64,000 nucleotides of DNA from Paraphysomonas bandaiensis (lineage: Eukaryota; Protista; Chrysophyceae): assembly GCA_965644295.1 (NCBI GenBank), contig CBFFRP010000445.1:141845-205844 (forward strand), given 5' to 3'. Shown here one piece after another: positions 37,621 to 50,894 of the stretch. The position numbers and the translations under genes were made by a program. The first letter of the stretch is position 1, and each line of letters opens with the position of its first letter. The notes beneath the pieces are model-generated. The model had not been told where the DNA came from. It did no database searches and saw only the letters and a list, made by a program, of their open reading frames with translations.

Positions 37621-38464
37621 ATGTATGTGCACACAGTCATGTTATCATTTTATTATAATCATAATTGTGTGAGAAAGACAATATAAGGGTTACTATACAT
37701 TCCAACCTCTCGTAAGAGAGTAATATAGTAGTCATATATAGCAGGAAAAGAAGAAAAACTGAGCACATCAAAAACGATCGTCAATATATATAAAAAAATA
37801 GTATATCAACGAAATGTGCAAGTATAGTAGCATCTGAGGAAGAGAAGAAGTATGTCTGTATGCAAGAATACACTCATACAGACAAACCGTAGTGTGTGTG
37901 TACAACAGTAATATAGACTAGAATGGCGCCAGTGAGTTCTAGGACGCACGAGCATGGCAAAATACACATTCAACATTAAGAATGGAAGTTGTCGCACCTT
38001 GGTGCTTGCGGCGACGCTTATTCAATGTCAGATTATTAAGAAGCGCAAGCTTGTGCGTTGCCGCGACCAACCTAACAACCCGCGCGAACACTATGCATAA
38101 CATGACTCTCATCTAGTAACTATTGCATGCACCGACAAGACATCTACCAAAATCTCAAGCTGACTCCATCCCTCCATTGTGTGCACTCGTCCAGCACATG
38201 CATCCACCTTGCACCTTCCCCGGATGAAAACCTACTATAAGCAAGAATAACATAAAAGCACCACAAATGTACCTTACACTGCTTGTAGAAATCTCAATGA
38301 CCTGGGTCAGGAGAAACCAAGACTAGGCAGTAGACGTGTGAGAAGACATGACAGGTCTAATCACATCATTGCCATTGCCATGCATCCATGAGGAATGTTT
38401 GACGCATTACCTCGGTCATTGGCCGGCCACACAGATACCGAATAATGTGAACTCATACTCAGCA

Positions 38465-38812
38465 TCAATCACTCAAAGCAAACGCAGGGAGCAAGCAGAA
38501 TGTTGATATACCTGACATCTGCTGACTTCAGGTTTTTTGAGTTCTTAAGGTGAACATCCCGGATGCTTAAGGCAGCCCAATACCCCGGTTAGAATCTCTC
38601 GGGTACTTATTCCCCACAACACCACGAAAAGGTGCGAGTCCGACTTTGTTGAGGGTTGCGGCGACGCACAAGCAGCTTCTGTAGTAGGATAATAGATAAA
38701 TAGAATAATTAGTTATGGGTAGCGGTCTAATTAGCCACTAGCATTCAACTAGCCACTACATTGATGCAGGTTTTTAACGCCTATTGCTAAATAATATGAC
38801 TTTCAATAATAA
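38465..38812. mobile_element. R1 copy with inverted 5' half
   Basis: 38465-38655 is the reverse complement of the R1 5' portion, ending at GTTGAGGG. It is joined to a forward 3' part (TTGCGGCGAC...GACTTTCAATAATAAT). Further R1 scraps lie at 37985-38065. Confidence 0.7.
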
Positions 38813-38849
38813 TTATAGACTAGAATTCATAACATTATTATATATTCAA

Positions 38850-39700
38850 CAGGATGGCATTGTATGAACAATTTTCACGACTACTTTTTGAACTAAAAGA
38901 GGAACTACCAAATGGGGTTTATAAATGGCAATGCAGTGAAAGTCCTATTGCGGCAAATTCGCAAAACTTTTTTTTGTCGAGAGAGAAAATTCAAGGAGAT
39001 ACTCCAACTTGGAAGATATATCTAGAACAACCTTGATGAAGTATTTAGAAGAGATAGATAAAGCGCGTTTCTCATATCATAAAGGAAGAAATGTTACAGA
39101 GCACATTTGGTTTAGTTGTTGACGGATGGAGTTGTGTTGGAAAACACTATTTTGCTGCGTTCACTGTTGTGCAACAAGTGCTGCTATACTGTGGAGTCCA
39201 AGATATGAAGATGAGGAATCCGATATTGATTTTACAGCAGAATCAATCTAGGATTATCTGTTTGTTGAGCTACAGTTATTGGCATTGGACTTCAATTTCT
39301 GGTGACACACCGGCTTAACTAAAGAGCATCAAGTGGAGTTCGCTATATGATATGATATAGAACTACCCACTCGTCTGCGTGTAGACGCGGACATTGTTCA
39401 AAGTTCACAATTCAAAAGATCAGTATAGTCCAAAATAAGCGTTGTAGGGAATAAGAACTGAACCGCGCTGAAAATGCACAGGTGCGACGCTTTTCAATAA
39501 ATGATGTACCTGCACACGAAGATGAACTCGATGAAGAGAAAAAGATAATGAGTAGGAAGATGATTCCATTCGCCTACTTATAGACAACCGAAGCGCGAAA
39601 AAGCACGCATCAAACTGCCAACTCACGAAGCATTTGTATAGGACTACAAATATTTGTGAGGGGTTGATTATAGCAGAGGTATGATTGTTATGATTGAGTT
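38850..39700 (+). pseudogene. hAT transposase remnant
   Basis: FGLVVDGWSCVGKHYFA and VLLYCGVQD motifs, similar to the other hAT remnants. Many stops and frameshifts. Confidence 0.6.
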
Positions 39701-41086
39701 TCGCAAACCACTTGAAATCGGCAAATTTGGGATGAGATTAAGGTTCCTAATCTATAAATTGAGGGCATATTATTAAAAATTTACTTATTAATGGTACAAT
39801 TTTTTAGTATGATACTTCGCTCTTTATGGTAATAATTTACTCTGAACTGCCGAATAATATATCATTACTTGTAATTATATATCTAGAAAGTAGTAAAAAT
39901 GTGATGCACTGCCACGGCATAAAAGGTCATCTGTATCATTGTTGCATGCACTTTCGTATTAACAACAATCATACAAAATGCGGAGCAACTGCTGCGTGGA
40001 CTGTTATCGATAATTTTCTGCATGAAGCGTCATCTGCCGGTGGACTGTAGCATGAACTACATTACTGGATATTACTTACTGAGTTGTAGAAACATTTTCT
40101 TTATTCAGAATGTAGTCACCCACGTAACCAATACATATTAAAGTATTATTTGTAAGCTCAGCAGTATAAGAGTAGTGCAATATGACTATAATTAAGACAC
40201 GGCGCTGGAGGGGAAATGCTACTTTTCAGCCACTATAGGATTGTAAAGAAGAAAAACATATATGATTGTACAGTATAACAGTAGTTTGTGGGATTGTACA
40301 GTTCAGGTGGGTTGAACAATATAGAATATAGCTGTATGAGAACTATACATATATACTTCATCCGTTTTCTTAAGGTCGTATAATACGACAAAGTATAATA
40401 CGATGCAGTGTGCTGTATATTATGAATAGCCAGTAATATATATCCAGTAATATATAAGAGGAACCTCTTATGCATTAGTCCGTATGATCCTGAGGCATGA
40501 GTGTATAACTAGAGTGAAAAGCATTGTATTCACGCTAAGTGTGTAAGGTCTGTATGTGTGTTATGAAATGATGGTATGATGTTCCCATTGATGAGATTAT
40601 CATATGAGGAAGCGTTATTGATATCGATGTTTAAAAAAAAATGTCCTTATACTAAACTGTTAACAAATTCAATTATTAATGGCAACTAAATTGCAACCTT
40701 CCATCGAGCAGCTAAATTGCAACAATAAAATTAGAGTTAGTAGTAGTCGTCTAACAATATGCTAACGTAGAAGTGGAGATCGAGCAAATAGACTTCCTTC
40801 TGTAGTTGTCTGGACACTATTTAAAAATTCCAGTAATTAGACTTAACATGTCGGAACCAAACTCGTATAATCACAAATGATTAGATAGAAGCAAATAGCA
40901 AGTAATGTGAAGCCCCAATCAAGTATCTGCCAACTAAATTACAAATTAGATGTGCAAATTTTGGTTTACAACTTGCATTTTCACCTGACATGAATTCAAT
41001 TGAATAGAATTCACATCCATTTAGCTTCGATTCATCCAGTGTGGTAAAATAAGGCTTCTAAAATCAAATGACAGATTATTAAATTT

Positions 41087-42200
41087 CTAATCCAAATAGT
41101 CGTCATTATCATCTTCTTGCCAGACATCAACCTCATCGTCCCCCTTTACAACAAGATCATCAGCTTCTACATCAGTATCATCATCTTCGTACTCAGCTAA
41201 ATCTATAACCTTAGAATAAACACCCTCCTCGCGATATCTAACCTCTTGTGCTATTGCACGATCAATCTTATTCTGAGATCTCACTTTCGTACCATACTCA
41301 CGGAAACCCTCCAGTACATGTTGTCGCAACTCTTTCATTGTACGCGTACCAGCATACTTTCTACTAGCCACATACTGCTTTACATCTCTCCATAGTTCCT
41401 CAATAGGTAGCAACTCAGGATGATACGGCGGAGTCATTAGTGGTGCACTATATGACCATATTCAGTACACAACTGTTGCACTCTTGTTACATTACATACC
41501 ACTCCTCGCTGAGTTGCATTTTCCTTCAGCCAAGACCTAGCTATAGCTTGCAGCTGCACTAACGTGTGACCTCGTGGAGCTGTACCCTTCAGATGTGGAA
41601 CATCATATTTTTCTAGAAATGCGTTACCTCTGCTGCCCGTATAGGACCTGTCCACAATCCGAGTTAATGTGCTTCATGTGCTCGGGGCCTCTTGATCCGT
41701 AGCTGCTTGGAGGAAGAAGTGTACTACCCTTGCTATTAACCCATTCTTTCCATAGATTGTATTGGGTACTAACACCTATACCTAAGTACACGCTAGCGCG
41801 ATTCATGACGTCAGTTATATTTCGCGGTTGATCGTCGTTGTAGTAGTCATGGCGCATGCACCAAATTAACCTCAAAGACATGCTTACATCTTCCGTAGAC
41901 AAAGTAGTACCCCCGCAGCGACTATTGGGACATGAAAAATCCAATGGGTCAGCCTTTGGCTCAGATGGAGAGAAGATAGGGGCAGCATGTCGATGGGGTC
42001 TGCAGCCCCTGAGAGTAACGGAAGGTATGGTCAGGTAGCCGAGAGCGTGCTCTACGATGTTATGCTATTTGGGGTCGTATGGCTTCAAGCTGAATGTATT
42101 CTGCAGGTGGGAAGATCGTCCTCGAGTTCACTTCCTCCTCCAAAAACAACATTCTTCATTTTTGAGTGCCCATATCTCACGACACAGACAGAGTCACTAT
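41087..42200 (-). pseudogene. IS630/Tc1-mariner-type transposase remnant
   Basis: C-terminal TPPYHPELLPIEELWRDVKQYV motif and an HTH-like ASVYLGIGVSTQYNLWKEW segment. Frameshifted; the central DDE region is missing. Confidence 0.75.
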
Positions 42201-42850
42201 AAAGTCCAATATAATGAAATGTTCAGCATTTTAGCATATAAAATGAAAAAGTTTATGAATTAAACATAAAAGACACTTTTTCACGATTTTATTCATGATT
42301 TTTACCCTTTCTCTTCTCTACAGCGAGTTCCCACATCTCGTAGTGGTGTTATTCCATGAGGTGGTGAAGATAGCTATATGCCTATGTATCTGAAATCAGG
42401 CTATTCGGTTGGAGCGTATGTAATATCAAGAGAGGCAAAAGCAGCTATATGAGAGAATATGATATAAAGATGACATCGATTTTTATACAATTCCTTAATA
42501 CTAGCACTAGTACTAGCCATCACCTTGGTGTGGATGCGGACATAATTATGAATCAGACTTTCGAAAATGCTGTTCTGAAAGTCCAAAGCGGATTGGAGGA
42601 CACTCTCACTCGACCTGAGAAGGCACAGCGGCACAGCTAAAAACAGAACTGGCGAGAAGACACCAAGCGCACCAAGAACACAAGCGAATACGCACTACCA
42701 AACCAACTAAGTACCGCTGCTTGAAGCATATTTACTCTACTACTAATTGTGTAGAAAGGCTTTTCAGTAGAGCAAAAATTAACATGATCTGCGCAAAACT
42801 ATGGCACCTCATCGGTTAGAGGCCCTTATGATTGCGCAAGCTATAGCTAT

Positions 42851-44089
42851 CAGGGCTGCGTATTAATTAATTGATTTTCAATTAATTGCAATTAATTGTC
42901 AATTATTGAAATTGCAATTGTTGAAATTGGGACATCGATTCATAATTGCAATTATAATTGACTCCAGCTAGCTTCAATTAATTGTCAATTAATTGCAATT
43001 AATTGATATTAAAAAACCCACCTTTTTATGCTGAAAAGTTGTTAAAAAACGGCATTTTTAGTTAAAAAATCCAATTTTTAGGATAAAAATCGAAGACTGG
43101 TGAAAGACTATAATATCCATAGGATTATCTCACATAGTAATTCATTTAATTAATTAGCGATAGGAGCGACAAATTGGCACCAGAAGTCATTGCACGAGTG
43201 TTATTTGAGAAAGTAAATGAATGATGATAACAACGAAGAGGCTGCAATAGAGATTTGTCCTGCAGGAAAAGGGGCTCCACATTTTCCGTGATTGACCGCT
43301 ACTTGCTTCTATCTAATCATATGCGATCTTTCGAGTTTGGTTCCGATGTGTTAAAAGTCTAATTGTAGGACTATCCACCTATATACAGAGTATATACATG
43401 TATATTATGCCCTGTATTACAAAAATAAGTGTTGTACAATTACAGAAGTAAGGTTACACCAGCTTCACTTCCACGACGTTTGCACATTGATTGACGAACC
43501 CTTCATAATGCACCCGATTGTTGAGCGTCATCTGGGCGACAGTGTTGCTATTATTTTTAACGCTGCTTTCGAAAAGGCAGTCGTGAAGATTCAATGTGGC
43601 AACGAAGCCGTAACTCGGACGGCAAAGGATCAAACTAAAATATATTTGTTCGATGAGGAAGAAGAATATTATGACGGTGCGAGTCTAGCTCCGAATGACG
43701 ACGCAGCGCAACGTTTGTTTGATGGTAGCAGGCAGCGGAAGCGAGCAAGACTTAACAAGCAAACGCGTTACGGATGAAACACTTGCATAGCACAACCAAT
43801 AAGGTTGAGAGGTTGCTCAGTAGAGCTACGATTGTTATGACGGGCTTGCTCAAGAGCTTGACTCCTCAACATTTAGTGCTAATTATGATTTTACGCATGA
43901 ATCGTTGCCTCTGGAATGAAATGTCAGTTGAGGTAGATATATTCGCAGCTAGTGTATTTTAGTACTAAATAATTGCAATTAATTGCAGTTAATTGCAATA
44001 GTTGAAATTGAGACAGCAAGTAATAATTGCAATTATAATTGACTACAACCTGCGTCAATTAATTGACAATTAATTGATACGCAGCCCTG
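42851..44089 (+). mobile_element. Non-autonomous hAT element with perfect 8-bp TSD, nested in an older hAT
   Basis: TIR CAGGGCTGCGTAT / ATACGCAGCCCTG; TSD ATAGCTAT at 42843-42850 and 44090-44097; internal transposase C-terminal remnant (HSTTNKVERLLSRA). The outer hAT remnant at ~42440-42840 matches 36310-36425. Extra right ends lie at ~44126, ~44222 and ~44248. Confidence 0.85.
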
Positions 44090-44536
44090 ATAGCTATTAA
44101 TTGCAATTAATTGTTATGCAGCCCTGTTATTTATCAATTAATTCAAGCTGGAGTTAATTATTACTTGCTGTCTCAATTTCAATTATCGTAATTTCAATAA
44201 TTGACAATGATACGCAGCCCTGATTCAATTAATTGTTACACGCCCTGCTATCAAAAGCACACGTTCACTAGTGTTGCCGAATTATTGCACTACATCTAGC
44301 TTTATTCAATAGGAAGCAATATGAAAAATTGCGCTTTCAAAAGGTGTAAAATATGTGATATCGGTGTGCAGACAGAAGAAAAAAAGACAGGAGAAAGGAC
44401 ACTTGTTTCAGCTGCATCACTAAAAAAATAAATTGATGCTCTTTACATGCATGTACACCACAGTATGTGTATTTAAAAATCATCAACAGTATAATATGCT
44501 GGGCGAAGTACTGAGCTTTCTCTGTCTAGTGTCCTT

Positions 44537-45649
44537 CTACCATATTTTGCTGTTAATATCCAATACAACACGTCCCGTTACCTTCCTCTCTTCTAATAGT
44601 CTATGGGCATCCGCAACCTCCTCCAAAGGCATTTCTCTGTCCACTATAGGACGCATATTACGGCTTTCCATTAGATTGAGAAGCTCAGTCATGGTCTCCG
44701 CCTCAATACTGTCTGTGCCTAGGATAGTGAGACCTCTCACTATACAAAGACCTAGAGGAAGCGGGGCAGAACTATTAGTAACATTACCTATTAGCACTAG
44801 ACGTCCTCCAGGCCGTAAGGCTTTCAGGGAGTCTGTGAAGGTTGGGGCACCACAGCACTCCACCGACATATCCACAGGGCCAACTGACCTGCCGAAACTA
44901 GTTGCACTACTAACCACCTCATCAGCCCCAATACTTTTGAGATATTCGCCTTTGTTTTCGACGTCACCAGTAGCGGCAATTACATGAGCACCTATCGCCT
45001 TAAAGAGCATCACAGCTGCACTACCAACTCCCCCGCTCGCCCCAGTCACCAGAACCCTCTCACCCTCACTTAATTGTCCCCGAACAACACACCCTTGGTA
45101 GACGGTGCCGTGCGTGCTCATCACGGGGGCTGCATAAATGCCCGTCCACAGGTGTGGCCTTGGAACTTTGACTAAACCAGAGGAATGGGTAGTAAGTGAA
45201 TCTGAATATCCCCCGTCTCTAGTTAGACCAAGGAATGTTCCCATAGCCTCTTCATGTTCAAATGGAGACGGGAAGGCGTCACCATTAAATTGGGCCCAAT
45301 GAAGGGTTACAACTTTATCCCCAACAGAGAAATCAGCTCCCTCCCCCACAGCATCCACCACCCCCGCGACTTCATGGCCCAGTACAGTGGGCCTCCGCAT
45401 GAAAGGAAAGCCTCCCTGCCTATCAATAATATCTCTATAAGCAACTGCGCAGGCCGACACCCTTACTCGCACATAGCCAGGATGTAGTGTTGGGTTCTCC
45501 TCATAGGGAACGGTCTCCAAACGGAAAGAAGAAGCAGGCCCGGGCTCAGGCAGCACCATCCTCCGCATAACAGACACACCAGTGCACATGAAACGAGATA
45601 CCGCATAAGGCCGACGACTTAACCGCGGCGAGTAGAATATCATCGCCAT
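44537..45649 (-). CDS. MDR-superfamily (alcohol dehydrogenase/quinone reductase-like) oxidoreductase, probably mitochondrial
   Basis: AVAYRD..G.FP..PTVLGHEVAG, the nucleotide-binding motif VLVTGASGGVG, LRPGGRLVLIG and GRVVL. Arg-rich N-terminal presequence; intronless. Confidence 0.9.
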   Translation of the reverse strand: MAMIFYSPRLSRRPYAVSRFMCTGVSVMRRMVLPEPGPASSFRLETVPYEENPTLHPGYVRVRVSACAVAYRDIIDRQGGFPFMRRPTVLGHEVAGVVDAVGEGADFSVGDKVVTLHWAQFNGDAFPSPFEHEEAMGTFLGLTRDGGYSDSLTTHSSGLVKVPRPHLWTGIYAAPVMSTHGTVYQGCVVRGQLSEGERVLVTGASGGVGSAAVMLFKAIGAHVIAATGDVENKGEYLKSIGADEVVSSATSFGRSVGPVDMSVECCGAPTFTDSLKALRPGGRLVLIGNVTNSSAPLPLGLCIVRGLTILGTDSIEAETMTELLNLMESRNMRPIVDREMPLEEVADAHRLLEERKVTGRVVLDINSKIW

Positions 45650-45709
45650 TAATGAAATATTCAACGGACTGATATCTCAAGCAGCGAATCAATGTGCATA
45701 TATAGATAC

Positions 45710-45711
<2 letters not shown>

Positions 45712-45741
<30 letters not shown>

Positions 45742-46087
45742 TGTATGTATGTATGTATGTATGTATGTATGTATGTATGTATGTATGTATGTATGTATGT
45801 ATGTATGTATGTATGTATGTATGTATGTATGTATGTATGTATGTGTGTATGTATGTATGTATGTATGTACGTATGTATGTATGTATGTATGTATGTATGT
45901 GTGTATGTATGTATGTATGTATGTATGTATGTATGTATGTATGTATGTATGTATGTATGTATGTATGTATGTATGTATGTATGTATGTATGTATGTATGT
46001 ATGTATGTATGTATGTATGTATGTATGTATGTATGTATGTATGTATGTATGTATGTATGTATGTATGTATGTATGTATGTATGTATG
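45712..46087. repeat. (TATG)n microsatellite, about 94 units
   Basis: A near-perfect tetranucleotide tract with a few TGTG/TACG variants. Confidence 0.98.
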
Positions 46088-46284
46088 CATATATGTATAT
46101 AGGTGTGTATGTATGTACTGCTCTATACTTGTATCGTACATTCGTACTACAGTCTGTATAAGGACAGGCAGCAGTTATGCGGCTGCAGAGCAGAGAGGAT
46201 TTGAAAGCAAGCGCTGGTGCTATTAGCAAGAGGTGAATAGAACGCTACAGACAGTGTCACTCATATTGATTGTTAGCAATTATA

Positions 46285-48914
46285 ATGAAACCTGAACACG
46301 AAGAGCCTGATGATGAGGATGATAACATCTCATCAGGGAGTGAGACAGGGACGGAGTCCGATGAGGACGAGGACACGGTGCGTGCTGCTGTTATGTGCTG
46401 TGCTGTGTATAGTAGTGCATCGAGTAATGGGTATACCGGCAGGGTTTAACGGAAAATCAGAACCGCCTCTTATACATGATCAGCCTCTACACAAGAAAAG
46501 CCACCCCTGGCACTGATGAGACTGACCAGTGGCTTCGTAAACCTGCTCTCATTGTACTGATTTATGAAGGCATTGTTGCTGGAGTTTTGGATTTTGATTA
46601 TGCTCCATCCTCGCAGAGTGTTGGTAACCGTCGTGTGTGGTTAAATGTATCACAGGAAGGAAAGTCAGACGTTGAGTTTCTAAGAGAAGAGGAATTGCTA
46701 AACGGTCTCCAGATGTCATCCAAATCGTTTCAACCAATTACTTGTTACCAGATTTCAGAGAAAGGAAAGGAGCTAGTAAAGCGAATTAGTCGTAAAGAAA
46801 AGGAGGCTGTGCACGAGTTTGTGTATGCAAAAGGTACACGTGAGCTACTCTCCGCGGTCTGGGATGGGAAGCACTACTACTTAATGAGTGCGAGTGGATA
46901 CCGCCGCAAGAGCACCATCACCGACACTGAGGATGTATCCTATGTGTCATCTGCTTATATCCCGCAATGTTTGCGATATGGTGGGCGACCGACACTGAGT
47001 AACGCTCATAGAGCACACGAGTCAGCTGTAAGTGCTGATAATATCCGTGATGAGCTGGACGAGGTTATCACCTTAAATTCTGTTTCTATCATTGTTGCGG
47101 AGTATATTCCTTTTGGTGCGAACCAGATTGTTCAATTGAACAATAATGTAGGCTCAACAGAAAGAGTTCAGGGTGGTTTTATATCTCCTGCTATAGACGA
47201 CAAATCCGCGGAGACCCAGATCACCATGTCTCCTGAGCTCACATCGGTGGATATCCTGGACTATACCCTCACCAATCATATTAACTTTGAGGCGGAGATT
47301 AACTTCGCAGCGGGTACTGGAGTCGTTCAAGTAGAGACTTTCGGAGTAAGTGTAAACGCAGAGGGTACTTGCTTCTATGGACTGCAGGTGGAGGCTGTGA
47401 TGGATAGAATTAAAGACAACATCTCTCTCGATCACTTGTCACGTCTGCTGGTGGATGTGCAGCAAGACTCATCCTCTATTGTCGACAGCATCATATCCCA
47501 GTATCAAAGGGAACTTATACAGTTGGTTTTCCTTGGGGACTCAGCCAACAGAAACAAAGTGAACCTTATCATCGCCAATGAAATTACCCCTCACTTGACT
47601 GCTGAAGAATACATGGACAAGGGCGAGTATGAGAACGAACTAAAGCAAGTCATTGGGGACACCAAGGCCGCATACGATATATCTGAGCACGATACCCTTA
47701 TCTTTGGCAGTCATGGTCTGCTGGTGGCTGGGCCTAATAGCCGACATCACGAGCCTTTGCTTTGTGCTTATCTGCAGTTTATCACAATTGACATTTTCCT
47801 CCAAAACTTTTTCGCACGACTCTGGATCTTAAATGACGACATGATCACTACCAACAAAATTATAAATGAGGGTACGAAAGACCCTCGGGCGCTTAACAGG
47901 ATTAGGTACCGCATATGCCGCCTCGCAAAAGATGTCATTCAGCTTGAGGAGATGCTGGGATATTTGCTGGAGGCATTGGAGATCATTGAGATTCCTCCGG
48001 AGCCACCCGAGCAGGCGGGGCGATCGTTGTACGAGAGACTCGAAATAGGCGGCATGCGCAATCAGTTAGTACGGCGAGCTACTGACTTAAAGAAAAATAT
48101 CGCAGGGAGTCATCGATTTTTGGATGTGCTCCGAGAGATGAGTGCAATGGTCAGCGAAGCGAAGATGTTTCAACTGAACGAGAGCGTGGACCTAAACACA
48201 AAGAAAATGTGTTCACTGCAGTCCTCGAATGAGCGGGCAGCGCATTCATTGCAGATATTACAAATGATATTTGCTGGTATACTTGCTTTCAACTTTTTGG
48301 ACCGTCTGACAGGACCAGGGTGGACTATAATTCAGTCGGGATGGTTTGTATCATTCTGGGACGATGTCGTGCTGACAACACCACTACTGTGGTTCTTTTT
48401 TTCTATGCTCTGCTGGGTTGCAGTATCAGGGGTGGTTTATGCTGTTTATCGTAGCAATAACTTTGTTTCGCAAGGCCTCACCACTGTAAGGCTGAAACTG
48501 CATAGGAAAATATTCGTGGAGAAGCTCGTGAATTTCGTTAAGACAAAAGCTCAGTCGTATGACGATCGTAATTACGACAGTGTAAATGATATCGTGAAAA
48601 TAACGTATATTGATCAATTGAAGCAGGACTGGGGAGGGACGCGACCTACTGTAGTTCTGGAGTACGATGAGCGGAACGCATTCTTATACACTGTAACAGT
48701 GACCTACAACAGGAGAGATGCCAATAAAAAGTTCGCCTTTACCGCTCAAGACATCAGGGAGCAGATTATGCAGGAACTAAATGATATGGACATATGGGAT
48801 GTGGATGGTGAAGATAATCAAGAAGATGACCTTGCTGCAGACAAGCGCGCCAAGCTTGATGAAATTGAGAGCGATGATGAGGAAGGGGGAGATGTAGATG
48901 AGGATGACAAGTAG
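46285..48914 (+). CDS. ~850-aa conserved-looking protein: winged-helix-like N-terminus, helical/coiled region and two TM helices (CorA-like layout)
   Basis: An acidic exon (46285-46377) and intron (46378-46442) join in frame to GLTENQNRLLYMISLY. Then YQISEKGKELV, long helices, and TM segments ILQMIFAGILAFNFLD and LLWFFFSMLCWVAVSGVVY. Confidence 0.85.
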
Positions 48915-49392
48915 GTGTTTGATATAGCTGGTCTGATCTTGCCATTCCAGAAACTTTGTTGCATGTCGACTCTTTGATTCCTGTCGAAATACATGTTATC
49001 ATTATATTAGATATTATTTTTTTAACGTATGTGCATACATTCCTCACTAGCTGTTAGCATTGAACGTATAATATTACAATTTCTCTGCTGCAATTGCAGG
49101 AAAATATTTTAGTAATGCCATTATTGTGGGGAAATTTGGCACCCATTAATGGACCATAAACGGTTACCATATTATTAGATAATGACATGCTTGGACGGTG
49201 AAAATATGAAAAAAACTGAACTTGATATACACTCAATGCTTTAATTATTAATTAGTACAATTATAGGAAATATCGCTTATCATTCATTGTCCATCGCCAA
49301 ATTCATGTTGTCACAAATACCAATTATTTTAATAAGATCTCAGATATATATATCATGATCTTATTGTCAATATGTATTTCAGTTTCACTAGT

Positions 49393-50755
49393 GTAGTGAA
49401 TGTCGTATTATTAGCAAAATAAGTGTTTATTAAGAGTCAGAACTAGTTTATCATTGCAATTTAACTAATTAGTACTAGTAGTGGTTAACTGTTAACTCTG
49501 ATATCCTACTAATTACTAATTAACGCTACGAAAGCTGCTTGTGCGTCACCGCAAGCACCACGAGGTGCAACATCTTTCGCTCTATCACTCGAAACAAACG
49601 CATTGAGCAAGCAGAATGTTGATATAATATCTGATATTTGACATCTGCAAACATTTGAGTCCTTAATGTAAAAACAGCCCGGGTGCTTGACTTCAGCAGG
49701 AGGCAGCCCACAATACCCCGTATGCCCTTCAGGTAAGTAAACAATAATAAGCAAACGTGGAAAAAAAAGTTCTCACGTTTTTGACGTGCATTCCTTCTTG
49801 TTAAAACTAGCTAGTTACCAGAGTGCTAATAAATAGTTTTCTGCATTTGTATTGATATAATATTATTGACTACTATTACAAATGATGGATATGTTGAACT
49901 GAGTGAATACTCTAGAGTATAAGTTATGTGTGACGTGACGTGTATTGGTTATGTGATGGCTATATATATTATGTTGTACAGTTATACTGCTATGTGTGTT
50001 CTTTCGTGTAGCTGAGTGAATACTTGAGTATATAGTCAGGTTGTACTGCCGAGAGGTAGTAGTATGTCGAATAGTAAACTTATATTTCACTGCTGTGATA
50101 TTGGCTTTGCAACATTTTTTGTTGGTATAGATCATTAAAGGAAAGTTAAGACTAGATAGATTATTACTGCATAGGCTATTGTGCGTTGTTATGTAAACAT
50201 ATCAACAACATAATATTCTATTCCTTTCACGTCAACCACTGATCACTGAATAAATTCCGTATCTTAAACATCATGATAGGTCAGTTTCACAGTTAGAGCT
50301 ATAGAGTATTCTACATTGTATTATGTTTTATCTTAGAGAAGCATATATTTTCGAACATTCAAAACGTTAAAGGTTAGAGATATTAGCCCTATTTCGACAG
50401 TATAGACGTATAGATCCGCCAGTACACATTAAACGTAAGGTCAGTACGTACAAGATGGCTACCTGCCTACGCCCTCCCTTTCTACAACAATTCTTAAAAG
50501 TCTAGTAAAATCTACTAGATTTTCCCAAATGCCTGTTTATATTCGTCAAGGCGCAAAGACGTTTTTACACAAGAGACACGTAGTAGTAGTATCCCTTGTA
50601 CCACACAAGCATTAGACTATGAGTGGGATAGAGCAATATCTGCCTGACTATATATTATAATATAATATGTAACTCACGTTAGTTTCCCGGAGAAATCTCT
50701 CCGGCACTTATTTCCCAGAACACCACGACAGGTACGAGTTCGACTTTGTTGAGGG
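49393..50755 (-). mobile_element. R1 copy split by a later insertion (pieces 49393-49735 and 50525-50755)
   Basis: The two pieces are collinear with the 7193 copy. The head retains GAAACTAACGTGAG. Confidence 0.7.
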
Positions 50756-50894
50756 TAGCCTCACCATAGTCAACACGTTTATGATCTTCTACTTCTAGAC
50801 AGTTCTTCCTGTGCTTCTCACAAGTCACACCACACAGAGATTTCGTAAATATAGCAGTCTGGTCATCAGTCTCAACGTGTGATAAAATATTTCT

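Noticed and set aside
41087-42330. Possible Fanzor/TnpB next to the IS630-like transposase
   Set aside because: No RuvC or zinc-ribbon motifs seen in the adjacent ORFs.
45546-46229. Long YIHT/MYVC ORFs on both strands
   Set aside because: Translation artefacts of the stop-free (TATG)n tract.
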